A stretch of 61,886 bases of DNA, the filler included, from Vannella sp. (lineage: Eukaryota), in the NCBI GenBank assembly GCA_023345925.1. It is 5 parts of 5 records of this genome, joined end to end, with 100 filler letters (N's around TTAATTAATTAA, not from the genome) between each part and the next. Parts side by side here need not be neighbours in the genome. Positions count along the whole stretch, not along the records: positions 15,210 to 31,544 come from JAJQQN010001157.1; positions 31,645 to 47,466 come from JAJQQN010000835.1; 3 more parts are not named here. The stretch is one strand, 5' to 3'. A program made the position numbers and the translations under genes. The notes beneath the pieces were generated by a model. It saw only the letters and a list, made by a program, of their open reading frames with translations, had not been told where the DNA came from and ran no database searches. Shown here piece by piece: positions 22,096-34,214 of the stretch; within the stretch, counting starts at the first letter, position 1, and each line of letters opens with the position of its first letter.

Positions 22096-23183
22096 CTAGC
22101 GTTTGCGCAAAGCCTTCTGTTGGATGCCCTTGTTCATCTTGTAGAGGTTGCTGAGGGACACGGAGATGGGGAGCACAGCAAACACGTGGCTGGCGATCAG
22201 GAGCGATTAGTAGAGCGGGTGCTGAAGCCAATGTACTCACTTGATGATCCCGTGGGTGTAGAAGGGGCTCAGTTCAACCTCGTCACCAAGGCGGCCCACA
22301 CTTCGCTGTGCAATGTGCTCGGGAGACGCCACCATGAGAGAAGGGCGCCGGATCTTGCTCATGTTGGACACTACCATACCAGGAGTGACGCTCTGAACAA
22401 CAATGCCCTGTGCCTGGTACTCCTGGGAGAGTGCCTTGGAGAAGAAGTCAAGATAAGCCTTTGTGCCGGAGTACACAGCCAACATGGGCGTGGGCATGCG
22501 CCCAGCCATAGAGCTGAGGTTGATGATAGCTCCGGCCTTGTTCTCTACCATCTGAGGGAGCACAGCACGCGTCATCTTGTTGGTAACGGAGATGTTCACT
22601 TGGATCATGGCGTCATCCTCCTCTCCTCCAGCTTCCAGGAAGTGCTGGGGGTGAGAGTAGTTAACACCTACATTGTTGACTACAAAGAACAGTTAGAAGC
22701 GACTGAAAGGGAGCGCAGACTCACCAAGAACAGACACACGAAGGGTGCTGATCTTCTTCTTGATCTCCTCGAAGACCTGGTCGTCGGCCTTGGCAAAGTC
22801 AACAGCCATTACCATGCTACGAACACCGAGAGCATCTGTAGTGAACATGAAGCTCCCTGAGTCTCTATCGGTCAAGAAAGGAAAGCTGGGAACGTACCAA
22901 CTTCCTTTGCGACTTCCTCGAGCTTTGACTGAGTGCGAGAGATGAGGAGGATGTTGAATCCTTTCTTAGCAAGTGTAAGAGCGTATCCCTTGCCGATTCC
23001 ATCACTGGCGCCAGTCACAATCGCCCAAACTGGCTCCTCGCCAGCCTTCTTCAACAAACTCTTCAGAACGCGATCCGAGGGCTTGGTGAAGTGCTTCAAC
23101 ACAAAGCGAACGAAAGTGGCTAACCACAGAACCACCACAACCACCCCAACGGCCCACACAGCGCTGTTCAGCCAACAGAGCAT
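22096..23183 (-). CDS. Very-long-chain 3-ketoacyl-CoA reductase (HSD17B12/Ifa38-like SDR), 3 introns
   Basis: N-terminal transmembrane segment, WAIVTGASDGIG, NNVG, YSGTK catalytic motif, and basic C-terminus KALRKR. Confidence 0.92.
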
Positions 23184-23299
23184 GTTCAAAGGAGCGGGGG
23201 AGAGCAAAGTGGCTGCCTAGCGAGGGCGTGCCCTCGTCAGGGACCAATCTTTGTTATTTATATCGTGTTTGGAGGGGCTCAGGGAGGTGGGGGAGCGAG

Positions 23300-24764
23300 T
23301 TAGAGACCAGCAAGTCTTTCGGTTGAGCCAAAGGCGCCCCAAACGACGCCAGCGAGAGCAAGAGGCGCTGCAATGGTAGACAAGATGAAGGTCCAGTTGC
23401 CTGTGCTGTCGAGGATCCAGCGGGAGCCGACATGCGCCCACATTTGAAGGAAGGCTCCGGGAATCCACGCCAGTCCGACCACCACTGGTGCATGTCTGCC
23501 TTTCTGTGAGACACATGTAACATGGAGAGAAGGGGAAGCTCTACATACCGAGGAAAGACCTCAAGAAGGGCGGAAATATGGCCTGCAAAGCCGCTGGAGA
23601 GGAAAGCGAGTCCAAACAGGAAGGCGACGAGCCTTACAGAGAAGGAATGCGATACACCACAGAAGAGCTTGAAGAAGAGTGCACATCCGATCAATCCAAC
23701 GGCTCCCACAGACTCGCGGAGGCGCCGACTGGTCTTGAGGCCTCCTGTGGCCGCTTCCAGGCGATCTTGTTGCAGGAAGTAGTCGAAAACAGCTGCAGCT
23801 AAGTTATAGTAGATGATCAGGCCGCTCACAACGCCGAAGGAGATCTCTTGCCAAAGGGTGTCCATCATCATGAATGGGAGGACCGACAGGACCACCCCAT
23901 GGCCGAATTGGAAGAGGATTGTCATTGTTAAGAACACCCAGAACTGTTTGGCGCGTAGAAGTACTCCCAGCCGTAGCTCTGGAAGAAGATTGTGAGAGGA
24001 GATAAACCCTAAACCCTAGCACATACGCGATGGTTCGAAAGGAATGCTGTTGGCACGGAGGAAGGCAAGCTCCGTAGATGTGATCTTAGGGTGAGATGAA
24101 GGTGAAGGAACTACAACGTAGGCCCAGAGGGCGAGGAAAAGGAGGGAAAGAACGCCAAACCAGTAAAAGGAGGCTTGCCAAGAGTAAACAGAGGATAGAA
24201 CAGCAGCCCAAAGGCCACTTATCAGCTGACCTGCATACATTGAGCTATACAGGAAAGTAATAGCTCGAGTGTACTCCTGACGGGGGACCCAGAGGAGGAG
24301 GAAGTGGTGCATTGCCACAAAGACCATTCCTTGTCCAAGCCCTGCCAACGCTTGGGCCCACATCATCAAGAAGAGAGTTCTGCACAGGAAAGGGAAGCTC
24401 AATGTGGCAATGCTGCTCAGTAGAAAGCCAGCTATAAGGAAAGAACGAGAGGAACCGGTCGACACCACGAACAAACCAGTCAAAGGGGCACTGACGAGGA
24501 TCCCAAAGTACACAGCGATCTCAAGCATATGCTGGTCTACCTTGAGAAGATCAGAGACGGCTACATCACCCCAGTAAGCTAAGAGGAACGCGCGAAAAGG
24601 TGTTCTGGCGCACCATCATCACGCAGGAGCCAGCTCATGAGGCCATCGAGGATGTAAAAGTGCGAAGAGCAAAGCGCTCCTAATAGAAAGCAGAACGCAA
24701 GAACGCTGGATCGCTTAGGCAAGTACAAGGAGCTCTTCCCGCCCTTCCCTCCCCCATCCAACAT
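23300..24764 (-). CDS. MFS anion:cation symporter (SLC17/sialin-like), several introns
   Basis: Multiple transmembrane helices; GLGQG, WVPRQEYTRA, WQASFYWFG and PSSHPKITSTELAFL are SLC17-typical. Confidence 0.8.
24003..24018. repeat. Telomere-like repeat (TTTAGGG x2) inside an intron of the MFS gene
   Basis: taaaccctaaacccta. Confidence 0.6.
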
Positions 24765-24866
24765 GGGAGAGAGCCAAAACAATGACTCCCTCTCCACACG
24801 TAGTCACACTCTCTTCCACAACTGCAGAGAGGACCATTTCCTCAGGTCTGGAGGGCGGTGAGGGCG

Positions 24867-27662
24867 ATGGTGGCGCCTTCTCAGCCAGTTTTGGGGTGTT
24901 CGGGCTTGCTTGTGCCGGAGGACCTTTGCAGTGGGCTACTCATTGCATTGCTGGTTCGGAAGGGTGACACAGGTGCCTTTCAAAGCTCTTCCCTGGCTCG
25001 TTTTCTTCTCTCAGCTGTTTCGCACGTCGAGGAGGAGGTTCCGGAGGATCCCCGGCGGCCTTTTGTAGGTAAAGAGCGCTCTTCTCATCTTCCTCATCAA
25101 GAATGGAGTTCCTATGCGAGCAACCTGAGTCAGTACTTGCAAGTGGGAGGGGCGGACTCGGCTGAATACGTTCTCTTCTGGCTTCAGGACCAGATTGGGC
25201 GAATAGTAGCCCCTGATGATGTAGAGAGACTCATAGAGTACCTCAGACAGACGTGCCGAGACTTCTTCTCTGAGTCTGATGTGTCTCAAGTGAGTCCACT
25301 TGGCCTGTACCTTCAAGAGATGGTCCTGGCCTTCGATAGCCTCCTCTTTGACGGACTCTCTCGTCTCTTCTGTCAGATGAAGGCCTTTCTGCCGCCTCCC
25401 AACCGACTGGCACAGTTTAACAGCGAATTGTCCTTTGAAGACACTATTTCCTCTTGCAATGACTCCCTTCTGGACCTCTCTGGAGGACGTGGCGAGTCTG
25501 TAGCTGAAGAAACAGTGGGAGATCAAGATGAAATGGACTTCTGGGTGACCAGTCCCAATGAAAGTCCCGCCAAGCCGGAATCGGGAAGAGAGTCTCTCTC
25601 CATCCTTCAGGACATGGAAGATAGTCTCCCCTCTCCACTTGATTGGAGCGCAAGGAGCCACGAGGAGATGGGAAACAGCTGGTCCTTGGGAGAGGGGGAA
25701 AGTGATATTCTACTCCCAACTCCTCCCGATAGCCGCCGCTCTTCTGGTCTAAACGCGCATCTGGACGAGGTTCTTGGGCAAGGAGGAGACATTAAGCCAC
25801 TTCGGACATCCCACAATGCCGCTTTCTCCTTCTCCCCAGAGAGTCCCCTTCCCCATCACCACCAAGAAGATTCTGATTTGTTGTCCGAAGCAACAGAGTC
25901 CTTCGGTAACAGAACAGACTCCTTGCCCGAGTTCCGGCACTGGCAGGACGCAGAAGCTGCCTGGTTCCCTTGTCTCTCCCACCTTCGAGGCCGAAGAAGT
26001 CCTTCCCTCCCCTTTGGCGTGCACTCTCCCAGCCAGTTACAAAAGATTATCACTTCTCAGATGAACTCCTTGCGGCATAAGTTGACTTTCAATGCGTTTG
26101 AAGGGCCTCTGAGTGCCCAAGAAGCCGAATCAGTCCAACAACAACTCACTGAACTCGGGAAAGTGGCACCTGAGAACGCTGCTCTCTTTTATCTTAACTT
26201 CTTGCTCCATAGACGCCAAAGGAACCTCTCTCAAGCAGAAAGCGAGCTGCACCGCTTTTATGTTTTGATTGGAGGCGCTTGCACCTTCCAAAGCAAATCA
26301 GCGTTATTGTGTGGGTCATTGACAGTGGCTGTGTTACATATGCAACTTGGTGACCCTCAAGCTGGGCTCCAGTCTATTCGGGAGGCTTTGCAACTGTCCC
26401 AAGAAAGATCAGACCAGAGTACTTTGACGGTCGCCTTGTTCCTTCTCTTTCAAGCCCTTCATGAATGCACGAAAGAGGTTGACACTCAAACGCTTTTCGA
26501 TCTTCTGGGAAGCGCTCTTGGCCAAGCCCAGAGTCAGGGAATGGCGTATTGGACATCTTCATGTTTACTGGCTTTAGCAGAGCTCCTCATCACTGTTCCA
26601 CCTTCACAAACCAACCGAGCTTCTAACCTATTGAAGGACTCATTTCAAAGTCCCCCAGAGATGCTCTGGAAGTGCTTGGCACTCTGTGAGAAGAACAATG
26701 CAGAATATGGTCTTGAAGGGCCGTTAGTAGCCCATTGTCATGCACTGAAGTGCGCCGCATGGGCACAATTCTCCCATTATCCATTAAGCTCCCTCTATGG
26801 AGGACTGGGTAGCTGCAGGTCTGCCCAGCAAGCCAACCAACTTGGCCAATATGCCAATGCATTAACACTCCTTCAGGCAGAAGGCTCGATGGGCTCCCTC
26901 GAGCTCCTTAATGACTACCTTATCCTTCGAGGAAATGTCAGAACCTCCCAACGCGTCCTGGATCAACTGTACAACGACTCAATCGAGCACAGGTTGGCCA
27001 CTTTCCGCCTTCGAGTGCGAGAAGGCAACTTTCGCTCGGCTCAAGACGTCTTCTCGAGGCCAACGTCCTTCAAAGTGTCATGGGTAGACTACTGGCGGCA
27101 GGAGATGGCCACTGGCTACATGTACGTGAAGGCAGGTCAACCTTTGACTGGCTTATCTTTCGCGCTTCAGGCTGCAGCTACAGCTGGCTTGAGCAATGCT
27201 CATGCGTGTATGGCGGAGGCTACTCTTCTACTCTGTCAGATCTACAACCTTCTGGGGCATTGGGACCAAGCCCAAGCCACATTGAAGAGTTCCCTTCCAC
27301 TCCTGTCGGCGCACTGCCCTGCGATCTTACATGGTCGCGCGCGGCTCTTGCTGGGGCAGGCGATCTTCTTCGATCCGTCTTCCTTACCTTTAGAGCCCAT
27401 TCCGTACCTCCGCGAAGCAGCGGATCTACTAGAACGCCTTGGTGCTCGCGAAGATGCCGCCCAAAGCCTTCTGCTCCTCTCTCTGGCTGCTCATGCAGCA
27501 GGTGAGATCAGTATGCGAGATCAAGCTGCCTCTCGCTATCGCCAAAGCTTGGGTGCAGGAGAGCACCAGAGCGTGGCGGAAGCTGATGCGGCGGCACTTG
27601 CACTCGAAGAGCACTTGGTCACCCGTTATCGTCAGTCCATGGGCCTTCTCATACCAATATAA
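24867..27662 (+). CDS. ANAPC5: Anaphase-promoting complex subunit 5-like TPR protein
   Basis: SPLGLYLQEMVLAFDSLLFDGLSRLF, AESELHRFY and EALQLSQERSD recall Apc5; there is a long low-complexity Ser-rich insert. Confidence 0.8.
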   Translation: MVAPSQPVLGCSGLLVPEDLCSGLLIALLVRKGDTGAFQSSSLARFLLSAVSHVEEEVPEDPRRPFVGKERSSHLPHQEWSSYASNLSQYLQVGGADSAEYVLFWLQDQIGRIVAPDDVERLIEYLRQTCRDFFSESDVSQVSPLGLYLQEMVLAFDSLLFDGLSRLFCQMKAFLPPPNRLAQFNSELSFEDTISSCNDSLLDLSGGRGESVAEETVGDQDEMDFWVTSPNESPAKPESGRESLSILQDMEDSLPSPLDWSARSHEEMGNSWSLGEGESDILLPTPPDSRRSSGLNAHLDEVLGQGGDIKPLRTSHNAAFSFSPESPLPHHHQEDSDLLSEATESFGNRTDSLPEFRHWQDAEAAWFPCLSHLRGRRSPSLPFGVHSPSQLQKIITSQMNSLRHKLTFNAFEGPLSAQEAESVQQQLTELGKVAPENAALFYLNFLLHRRQRNLSQAESELHRFYVLIGGACTFQSKSALLCGSLTVAVLHMQLGDPQAGLQSIREALQLSQERSDQSTLTVALFLLFQALHECTKEVDTQTLFDLLGSALGQAQSQGMAYWTSSCLLALAELLITVPPSQTNRASNLLKDSFQSPPEMLWKCLALCEKNNAEYGLEGPLVAHCHALKCAAWAQFSHYPLSSLYGGLGSCRSAQQANQLGQYANALTLLQAEGSMGSLELLNDYLILRGNVRTSQRVLDQLYNDSIEHRLATFRLRVREGNFRSAQDVFSRPTSFKVSWVDYWRQEMATGYMYVKAGQPLTGLSFALQAAATAGLSNAHACMAEATLLLCQIYNLLGHWDQAQATLKSSLPLLSAHCPAILHGRARLLLGQAIFFDPSSLPLEPIPYLREAADLLERLGAREDAAQSLLLLSLAAHAAGEISMRDQAASRYRQSLGAGEHQSVAEADAAALALEEHLVTRYRQSMGLLIPI

Positions 27663-27728
27663 CCTCTTCCCTTGTCTCCACTCCACTCCACAAGCACTGT
27701 CCGGTCCTCTACGATGGGGAATCTGACT

Positions 27729-28182
27729 TTAGAGCATTGGGGTTCCTTCCTCTGAGTCCTCATCCTCTTCCTCCTCCTCGTCACTAGCAACCAAAGGCTC
27801 ATTGTCGAAGAGGTACGTGGGTTCCACTGCCGCTTTCGACTTCTTGGGAGCGGGGGCGGCGGTTGAGGACTTTCGTTGTCGTTTGACGGGGGGTTCGTCC
27901 TCGTCATCACCAGGATGCTGCTCCACGAAGGCAGCCATCTCTCGCTGGTACTCCAAAGTCTTCTGCGCGTGCATTCGATCGTAAAACTGTCCCCCAAGCG
28001 GTGAGCAAGACGGCGCCCCTTCTCCCAACGACAAAGCGCACCTTCTTCTCCTCTGATGGCATCTCATCCCACTTGTCCTTCACCACACTCCTCTTCAACG
28101 GTTCCGCACCGCCCTTCTCCTTCTCCCGCATCATAAAGAGGATAAACGCATTGGGCGGCTGTTTGGGCTGCTCCGAAGCCAT
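27729..28182 (-). CDS. HMG-box protein with acidic tail, 1 intron
   Basis: PKQPPNAFILF...KWDEMPSEEKK|FYDRMHAQKTLEYQREM, followed by a basic NLS-like stretch and an acidic tail. Confidence 0.8.
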
Positions 28183-28255
28183 CGAAGAGAGCAAATGAGG
28201 TTCTCAAGAGGTCTCTTTGGCTACTTATTGTTGTCTGAGGGTGTCCTTCGGCCTC

Positions 28256-29729
28256 ATGGAGGAGGAAGAGAGCCAGACAGAGACGGAGCAGACGCAAAGC
28301 ACTCAGATGACGCAAGGGCAGACCCAAGGTGAGGTCGAGGAGGCTTGTTGGGGGAAGCTAGTGCAGATACGAGGCGGTTCAGCGCATCTACGGCTGGTGC
28401 GGGACCGTTACTTGATCGGTCGCAGTCCGGAAAGCAACGATTTGTCGTTTCCAGAGCTCATGAGCGTCAGTCGGAGGCATCTGGAGCTGTTCTTAGATCA
28501 AGGAACACGAGTCTCAGTCCCTATGGTCCGGGATTGGTCCTCTAACGGGGCTGGAAGGAACGGCCAAAGGTTGGATTGCAAGCGGGCGGTTCTGTTGCTG
28601 CACAGCTACCGGCTGCAGCTCGTTCATGGCGAACCTTCTTCTCCTGAGTTCATCTTCCTCGACCCTCACGCCTCTGCACCAGGTATCGACGACCAGACAG
28701 GAAGAAGTCTCTTGCCCTCCACCGTCCACTCCGAAGACCACGACTCCTTGCTTGTATCGTACCGCATTCTATCCAGTCTAGGTTCTGGATCAGCCTCCAA
28801 CGTGATGCTCGCCTTGCACGTCGAGAGCGACGAGTTGGTGGCGGTGAAAGTCATTTCCAAGTCAAAAGAAGGAGCTTTGGAGGCTGGCAAGCGCGAGCAA
28901 GCTCTTTTACAGAGCTTAGATCATCCCCACATCATCCAACTCCGGGAAAGCATCGAATCCGAGTCGTGGCTTTACTTGATTCTCGAATAGTGAGCTCTCT
29001 TCCTCTCCATTTCCATTCCACTCACCAACAAGACATACCAGCGCAGAAGGAGGCGATCTGCTGTCCTTTATGAACAGAGAATCCCCCGGTAAAGGCCTTC
29101 CAGAGCCTCTTGCCAGAACAGTATTCCGGCAAGTCATTCTGGGATTGGCCTTTCTTCATCAAAAGGGCATTGTCCAAAGAGATCTCAAAGCAGAGAACAT
29201 TCTCCTGTTCCCCAATGGTGCTCCTTCGGGGACTTCATCGATTGGTACACTCAAGTTGGCGGATTTTGGCGTGGCTGCCTCTATTGAGCAGCAGGAGGGA
29301 CTGTTTGGTGTTTTTGGTACAGTGCCCTTCATTGCTCCTGAAGTTTATGCAACGACAGGCTCTTCTGGTGGATACGGAACTCCTGCGGACATGTTCAGCG
29401 CGGGTGTGCTTCTCTATTGGCTCCTTTCTGGCGACTTTCCCCCTCTAACAGCAGGCAACCTCTTCCCCGACAAGTCTACTGCAGCTAGATCGCTTGTGGA
29501 GGAGTTATCCAGGGAGCCCTGGCTTCTGATTAGCGACTGCGCACAGAAATTGATCTCCTCCCTTCTCCAGGCGGATCCAGCTTTGAGGCTCTCTGCCAGT
29601 GATGTACTTTGCCACTCTTGGTGGGACAGAGAGGTACCAGGGTTACTCAGCAAAAGGAGAAGGAGACCGAGTGAGGAGGCGAGCAGTGAAGGCGAAGGAT
29701 CCTTTCACAGCAAAGAGGATCCCATTTGA
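28256..29729 (+). CDS. Chk2-like kinase (SQ/TQ cluster, FHA, kinase), 1 intron
   Basis: N-terminal SQ/TQ cluster; FHA motifs GR, SRRH and SSNG; kinase motifs AVK, QRDLKAEN, DFG and APE. Confidence 0.85.
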
Positions 29730-29760
29730 TAAAGGATTTATGGTACGGAAGGATCAGCTC

Positions 29761-30471
29761 TTAGATCTTGGTGAAGGAGACCACATCGACGCTCTGGACT
29801 TCGTCCTCGAACTCCTCGATCCTCTCTTGCAGGATATCAGAGGAGACAAGGTCATCAACGATGGTGCACATGATAGTGATCTTGTTGATACCGAAAGCGA
29901 CGGGCTTGAACTCAGAGGCACCCCAAAGAAGGCCTTCCAACTCGATCTCGCGGATCTTGCCCTCGAGAACCTTCAGGTCAGTCTCGCTGTCCCAAGGCTT
30001 CACGTCGAAAAGAATAGAGGACTTGGCAACGGGCTTGTCCTTAAGGGCGTTCTTGGCAAGCTGCTCCTGGGCACGTTGCTCGATCATCTCCTCGCGGATC
30101 TTCTCAGCCTCCTCATCGTCATCATCACCGAAGAGATCGATATCATCATCGTCCTCCTCCTCAACCTTGGCGGGGGCAGCGCGGGATGCGGCAGGGGCAG
30201 CAGAAACAATAGAAGCGCGCTCCTCAGCGAAGGAGGAGATGTGGTTCCACCAGCGGAGAACGTTGCCGTTCTTAGCGTTGGGGGCAGCAGAGAGCTTGTC
30301 CAACAAGGCGAAATCATCCGCAGATGGGGCATAACTAGCGAGAGTAAGCTTCTTTGCACTAATCATGATCATACAGCCCTCCACTCACCCAGTGACGTAG
30401 GTCTTGTCTGCGAGGTACTTGTTCAAGAGTCCGAGGCCCTGAGGAGTGGTGACATCTTCGGTGTATGGCAT
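29761..30471 (-). CDS. EEF1B: Translation elongation factor 1-beta, 1 intron
   Basis: LNKYLADKTYVTGY, DDDIDLFG, KSSILFDVKPWD, GLLWGAS and VQSVDVVSFTKI. Confidence 0.96.
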
Positions 30472-30992
30472 GGTGAGCGAGAGGGCGACAAAAACGAAGG
30501 AGAAAAGAACCTGCGCCTTTGCTTTTGCCCATACAGGCCACTCCTTTTCGACCAATCAAAACCCTCAGCCTTTCTGGGAAACTTCATCATTCCCCAAAAT
30601 GCCGTCTTTTTGATGGGATGTATTAAAATATCATTGAAAATGCACGGGCTAACATGGTTTGCGGTTGGAACTGAATTCAAGGTGGACTGTTCCAGCTCCA
30701 CACGCAGCAGCTCTCTGAGCTTGAGCAATCATCCCCAGAATGTCCAGACAACACACCCCGGATGACCTTCCCACCATTGCAGCTGATCCCCACCAAGCAC
30801 TTCGAGCGAAAAGACTCCTTTCTGGGCGAAGGAAGCCAACGCGAGTTGGCCGGAATCGCGAAAAGCCTTCGCTTTCATCCTGTCAGGGACTCTTGAGGAG
30901 CCTCAATTGAATAGGAAAGAAACGAGGAGCAGGGAAGAAGAGGAGGTTCATGTGGCGGTGGCGGGAGGTTTATTGTTTGGCGGTTCGGTTGA

Positions 30993-31544
30993 ATGGAAGC
31001 CGCCTTAAGCAGTCACAGCTTGAGTGCGGTGAAGAAGCTTCTGTCAAAGGACAAGCGAAAGGTTCTCCTGCGTGAGAAGCAGGCCAACGGCAAGGTCAGT
31101 CCAGTCCAGTCCCTTGTTGCGAAACAATTCCTCATCGGAGCATTCCTCACGTACCATCTTGTAGACTGCCTTGCACACTGCGTCAGAGAGCGGAGATGTA
31201 AACATCGTCAAGGTTCTTCTGAAGAACGGAGCAGATGTCACGGCTGTGGACAGCGACTTGAGAACGGCTCTTCACCTTTCATGTCGCGCCGGACAGCTTT
31301 CCACCGCCTCTCTCCTCCTCCAGAGCAACTGTGACCCCTGTTCAAGAGATGCAGAAGGAAACACACCTCTTCATCTACTTTCCACCTTCGTACCTCCCAC
31401 AAAGTCCGACTTTGAGCAGATGTTGGCTGAGTTGAAGAGCGCTGGAGCGGATTTAGACGAGCGCAATGACCTTGGAGAGACGCCACTCCACCTTTCATGT
31501 GCTAGAAGCATAGAGAGAACGTCTATCTGGCTCCTGCAGCAAGG
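30993..31544 (+). CDS. Ankyrin-repeat protein, 5' part (truncated by contig end)
   Basis: TALH, GNTPLH and GETPLH repeats; one intron at about 31094-31163. Confidence 0.85.
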
Positions 31545-31644
31545 NNNNNNNNNNNNNNNNNNNNNNNNNNNNNNNNNNNNNNNNNNNNTTAATTAATTAA
31601 NNNNNNNNNNNNNNNNNNNNNNNNNNNNNNNNNNNNNNNNNNNN
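31545..31644. other. Artificial contig spacer
   Basis: N44-TTAATTAATTAA-N44. Confidence 0.99.
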
Positions 31645-32130
31645 CATGCTGTTAGACAAGAGGAAGCTTCCATCTGGACTCAAGCTTAGTCCAGTGACGG
31701 TCTCTCTGTGGCCTGTCATCTTGTATTCGAGCTGTTCGTTCACAAGGTCCCAACACTTCTTCCATCAGTCACTTGCAGGAGAGGCTGGGAGGTACTCACG
31801 TTGATGGTGTTGTCTATTCCTGTAGTGAATAGCTTAGAAGCGTTGTCATCGAAGGTAACAGCTGTCACAGCGCCGGAATGTTTGATGGTGGTACTGTTTT
31901 CGTCCGAGTGTCCCACACCTGCACAGAAGGTAAGGTAACAGTAAAGGCATCACTAGAAATCTGTTACCCTGGCTGTGGCGTCATCTGATCCCGTAGCAAC
32001 GAGATCTGGCCCTCGACGTGCGGGAATAATCGAGTTCACAATCCCCGAGTGCTCATGGAAGCGTCTGCCCAGACAGTTGGCTTTGATCCCACAAAGCACA
32101 CGTCTTGTCTGCACTTGCAGAGACCAGCGG
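31645..32130 (-). pseudogene. SNRNP40: Frameshifted fragment of U5 snRNP 40-kDa WD40 protein
   Basis: LVSASADKTCALWD, HSGIVNSIIPARRGPDLVATGSDD, VTAVTFDD and MTGHRETVTGLSLSPDGSFLLSNSM match SNRNP40, but two frameshifts are needed and there is no room for the N-terminus. Confidence 0.7.
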
Positions 32131-32258
32131 ACGTGGTTTAGTGGGGCCGTGAACTCTCCCAAAGAATGCTAACTTACAGCTTCTTATCACCTAGCTATTA
32201 CCACCCCTGATTTCAATCAAAGGGGAAGAACAGCCATTTTACGCCTTCATCCTGGGCG

Positions 32259-33098
32259 ATGAGTCAATTAGGGTCTTTGACCTTGCCAGACGAGGTATGG
32301 TTGCACATCTTCAGTCTTGTGTCTGTCAGAGAGCTGGGGATGCTCTCCTGTGTTTGTAAGCAGCTCGCCCGCTTGGCTGGTGACAGCAGGCTCTGGTCAG
32401 AACAGTTTGTGGTGGCTCACGGCCGCCACAAGCGGCAAAAGTACATGCAATGCGTGTCTTTGAACATGCTGACTTGGAAACACTGCACTCTCCTCGAGTC
32501 CATGCGAGGTAACGAGGATACTCCCCAATATTCACGACTTTCTCATCCGATTGCTTCAGTCCTTCTGAAACCTAAAGAAGGGAGACTCTACAAGATGGAC
32601 AAAGTCCTTGGCACTTCAAGATGGAGCCGAAGAAGCGTCTCTCTCACCGAAAACGCCCTCTTCTACACCGTCCCTGATCCATTGAGGGGCATTTACATCT
32701 CCCCAAGGATCACAAACCACGTAAGTCACTTCCACAACCTCTCACGCTGACTGCTGGCGACATAGGACTCAAATAAGATCAGTCTGGTGAACATTCTCAG
32801 TGTGACGCTTCGCCTCCCCATCAATCGAGAAGGAACCATTCTCTTCCCCTTTGAAGTCCTCGTGCTTTGGCTGGGACAAAGACATCTTCCTCCCATTCTT
32901 CACCACTTTGCGGTCACCCGGCCTGAAGAAGCTGTGGAGTGGTGTTCAGCATTGAAAGAGCATTCCAAAGCGGCCAGATGTTGGCAAAGACTTCGGCAGG
33001 CAGACAAGTCACTCAGGAAGTCTCCTTCCCTCCAGAGACGGCTTATCCACCGCAATCTTTCACGCGCCGCAACACTTCCAAACCTGAACGCGCCTTGA
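32259..33098 (+). CDS. F-box + PH-like domain protein, 1 intron
   Basis: LPDEVWLHIFS...LSCVCKQL (F-box); KEGRLYK...WSRRSVSL...EEAVEWCSAL (PH). Confidence 0.75.
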
Positions 33099-33355
33099 CA
33101 CGGGACCCTTTTTGTGATTGAGTTGCCCTCGTGATGTCATTCAAGTCAGCTTGGTAGAACGAACGCTAATGAAGAAAGGAAGGTCGGTTTGGACCTCTTC
33201 CTTCTCTCCAAATGAAAGCTTTGAGCGGCATAAAGCCGGTTGAGCGGATTCTCCCAAACTGCCTGCGAAAAGTGCTGTGAATCGAAGAGTCCCGCCTTCA
33301 TTGGTGGCATCTTTGGCGAAAGAGAGAGAGGCGTGAGTGGATGAAGATCACTTCA

Positions 33356-34138
<783 letters not shown>

Positions 34139-34214
34139 TCAAGGAAATGAACTCTTATTGATCCCAACAACCTTCTATTTCTTCGCTTCTGTCTGTTTGG
34201 GGCTGCCAGGCTCA

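Noticed and set aside
28988..29040. In-frame stops in many genes suggesting an alternative genetic code or readthrough
   Set aside because: Each case examined resolves as a canonical GT-AG intron (for example TA|C restores LEYAEGG); the standard code fits.
29599..30765. Long antisense ORFs (also 12184-13059, 22000-22860, 39753-40868, 47937-48647)
   Set aside because: Shadow ORFs opposite conserved, codon-biased genes; no recognisable protein features.
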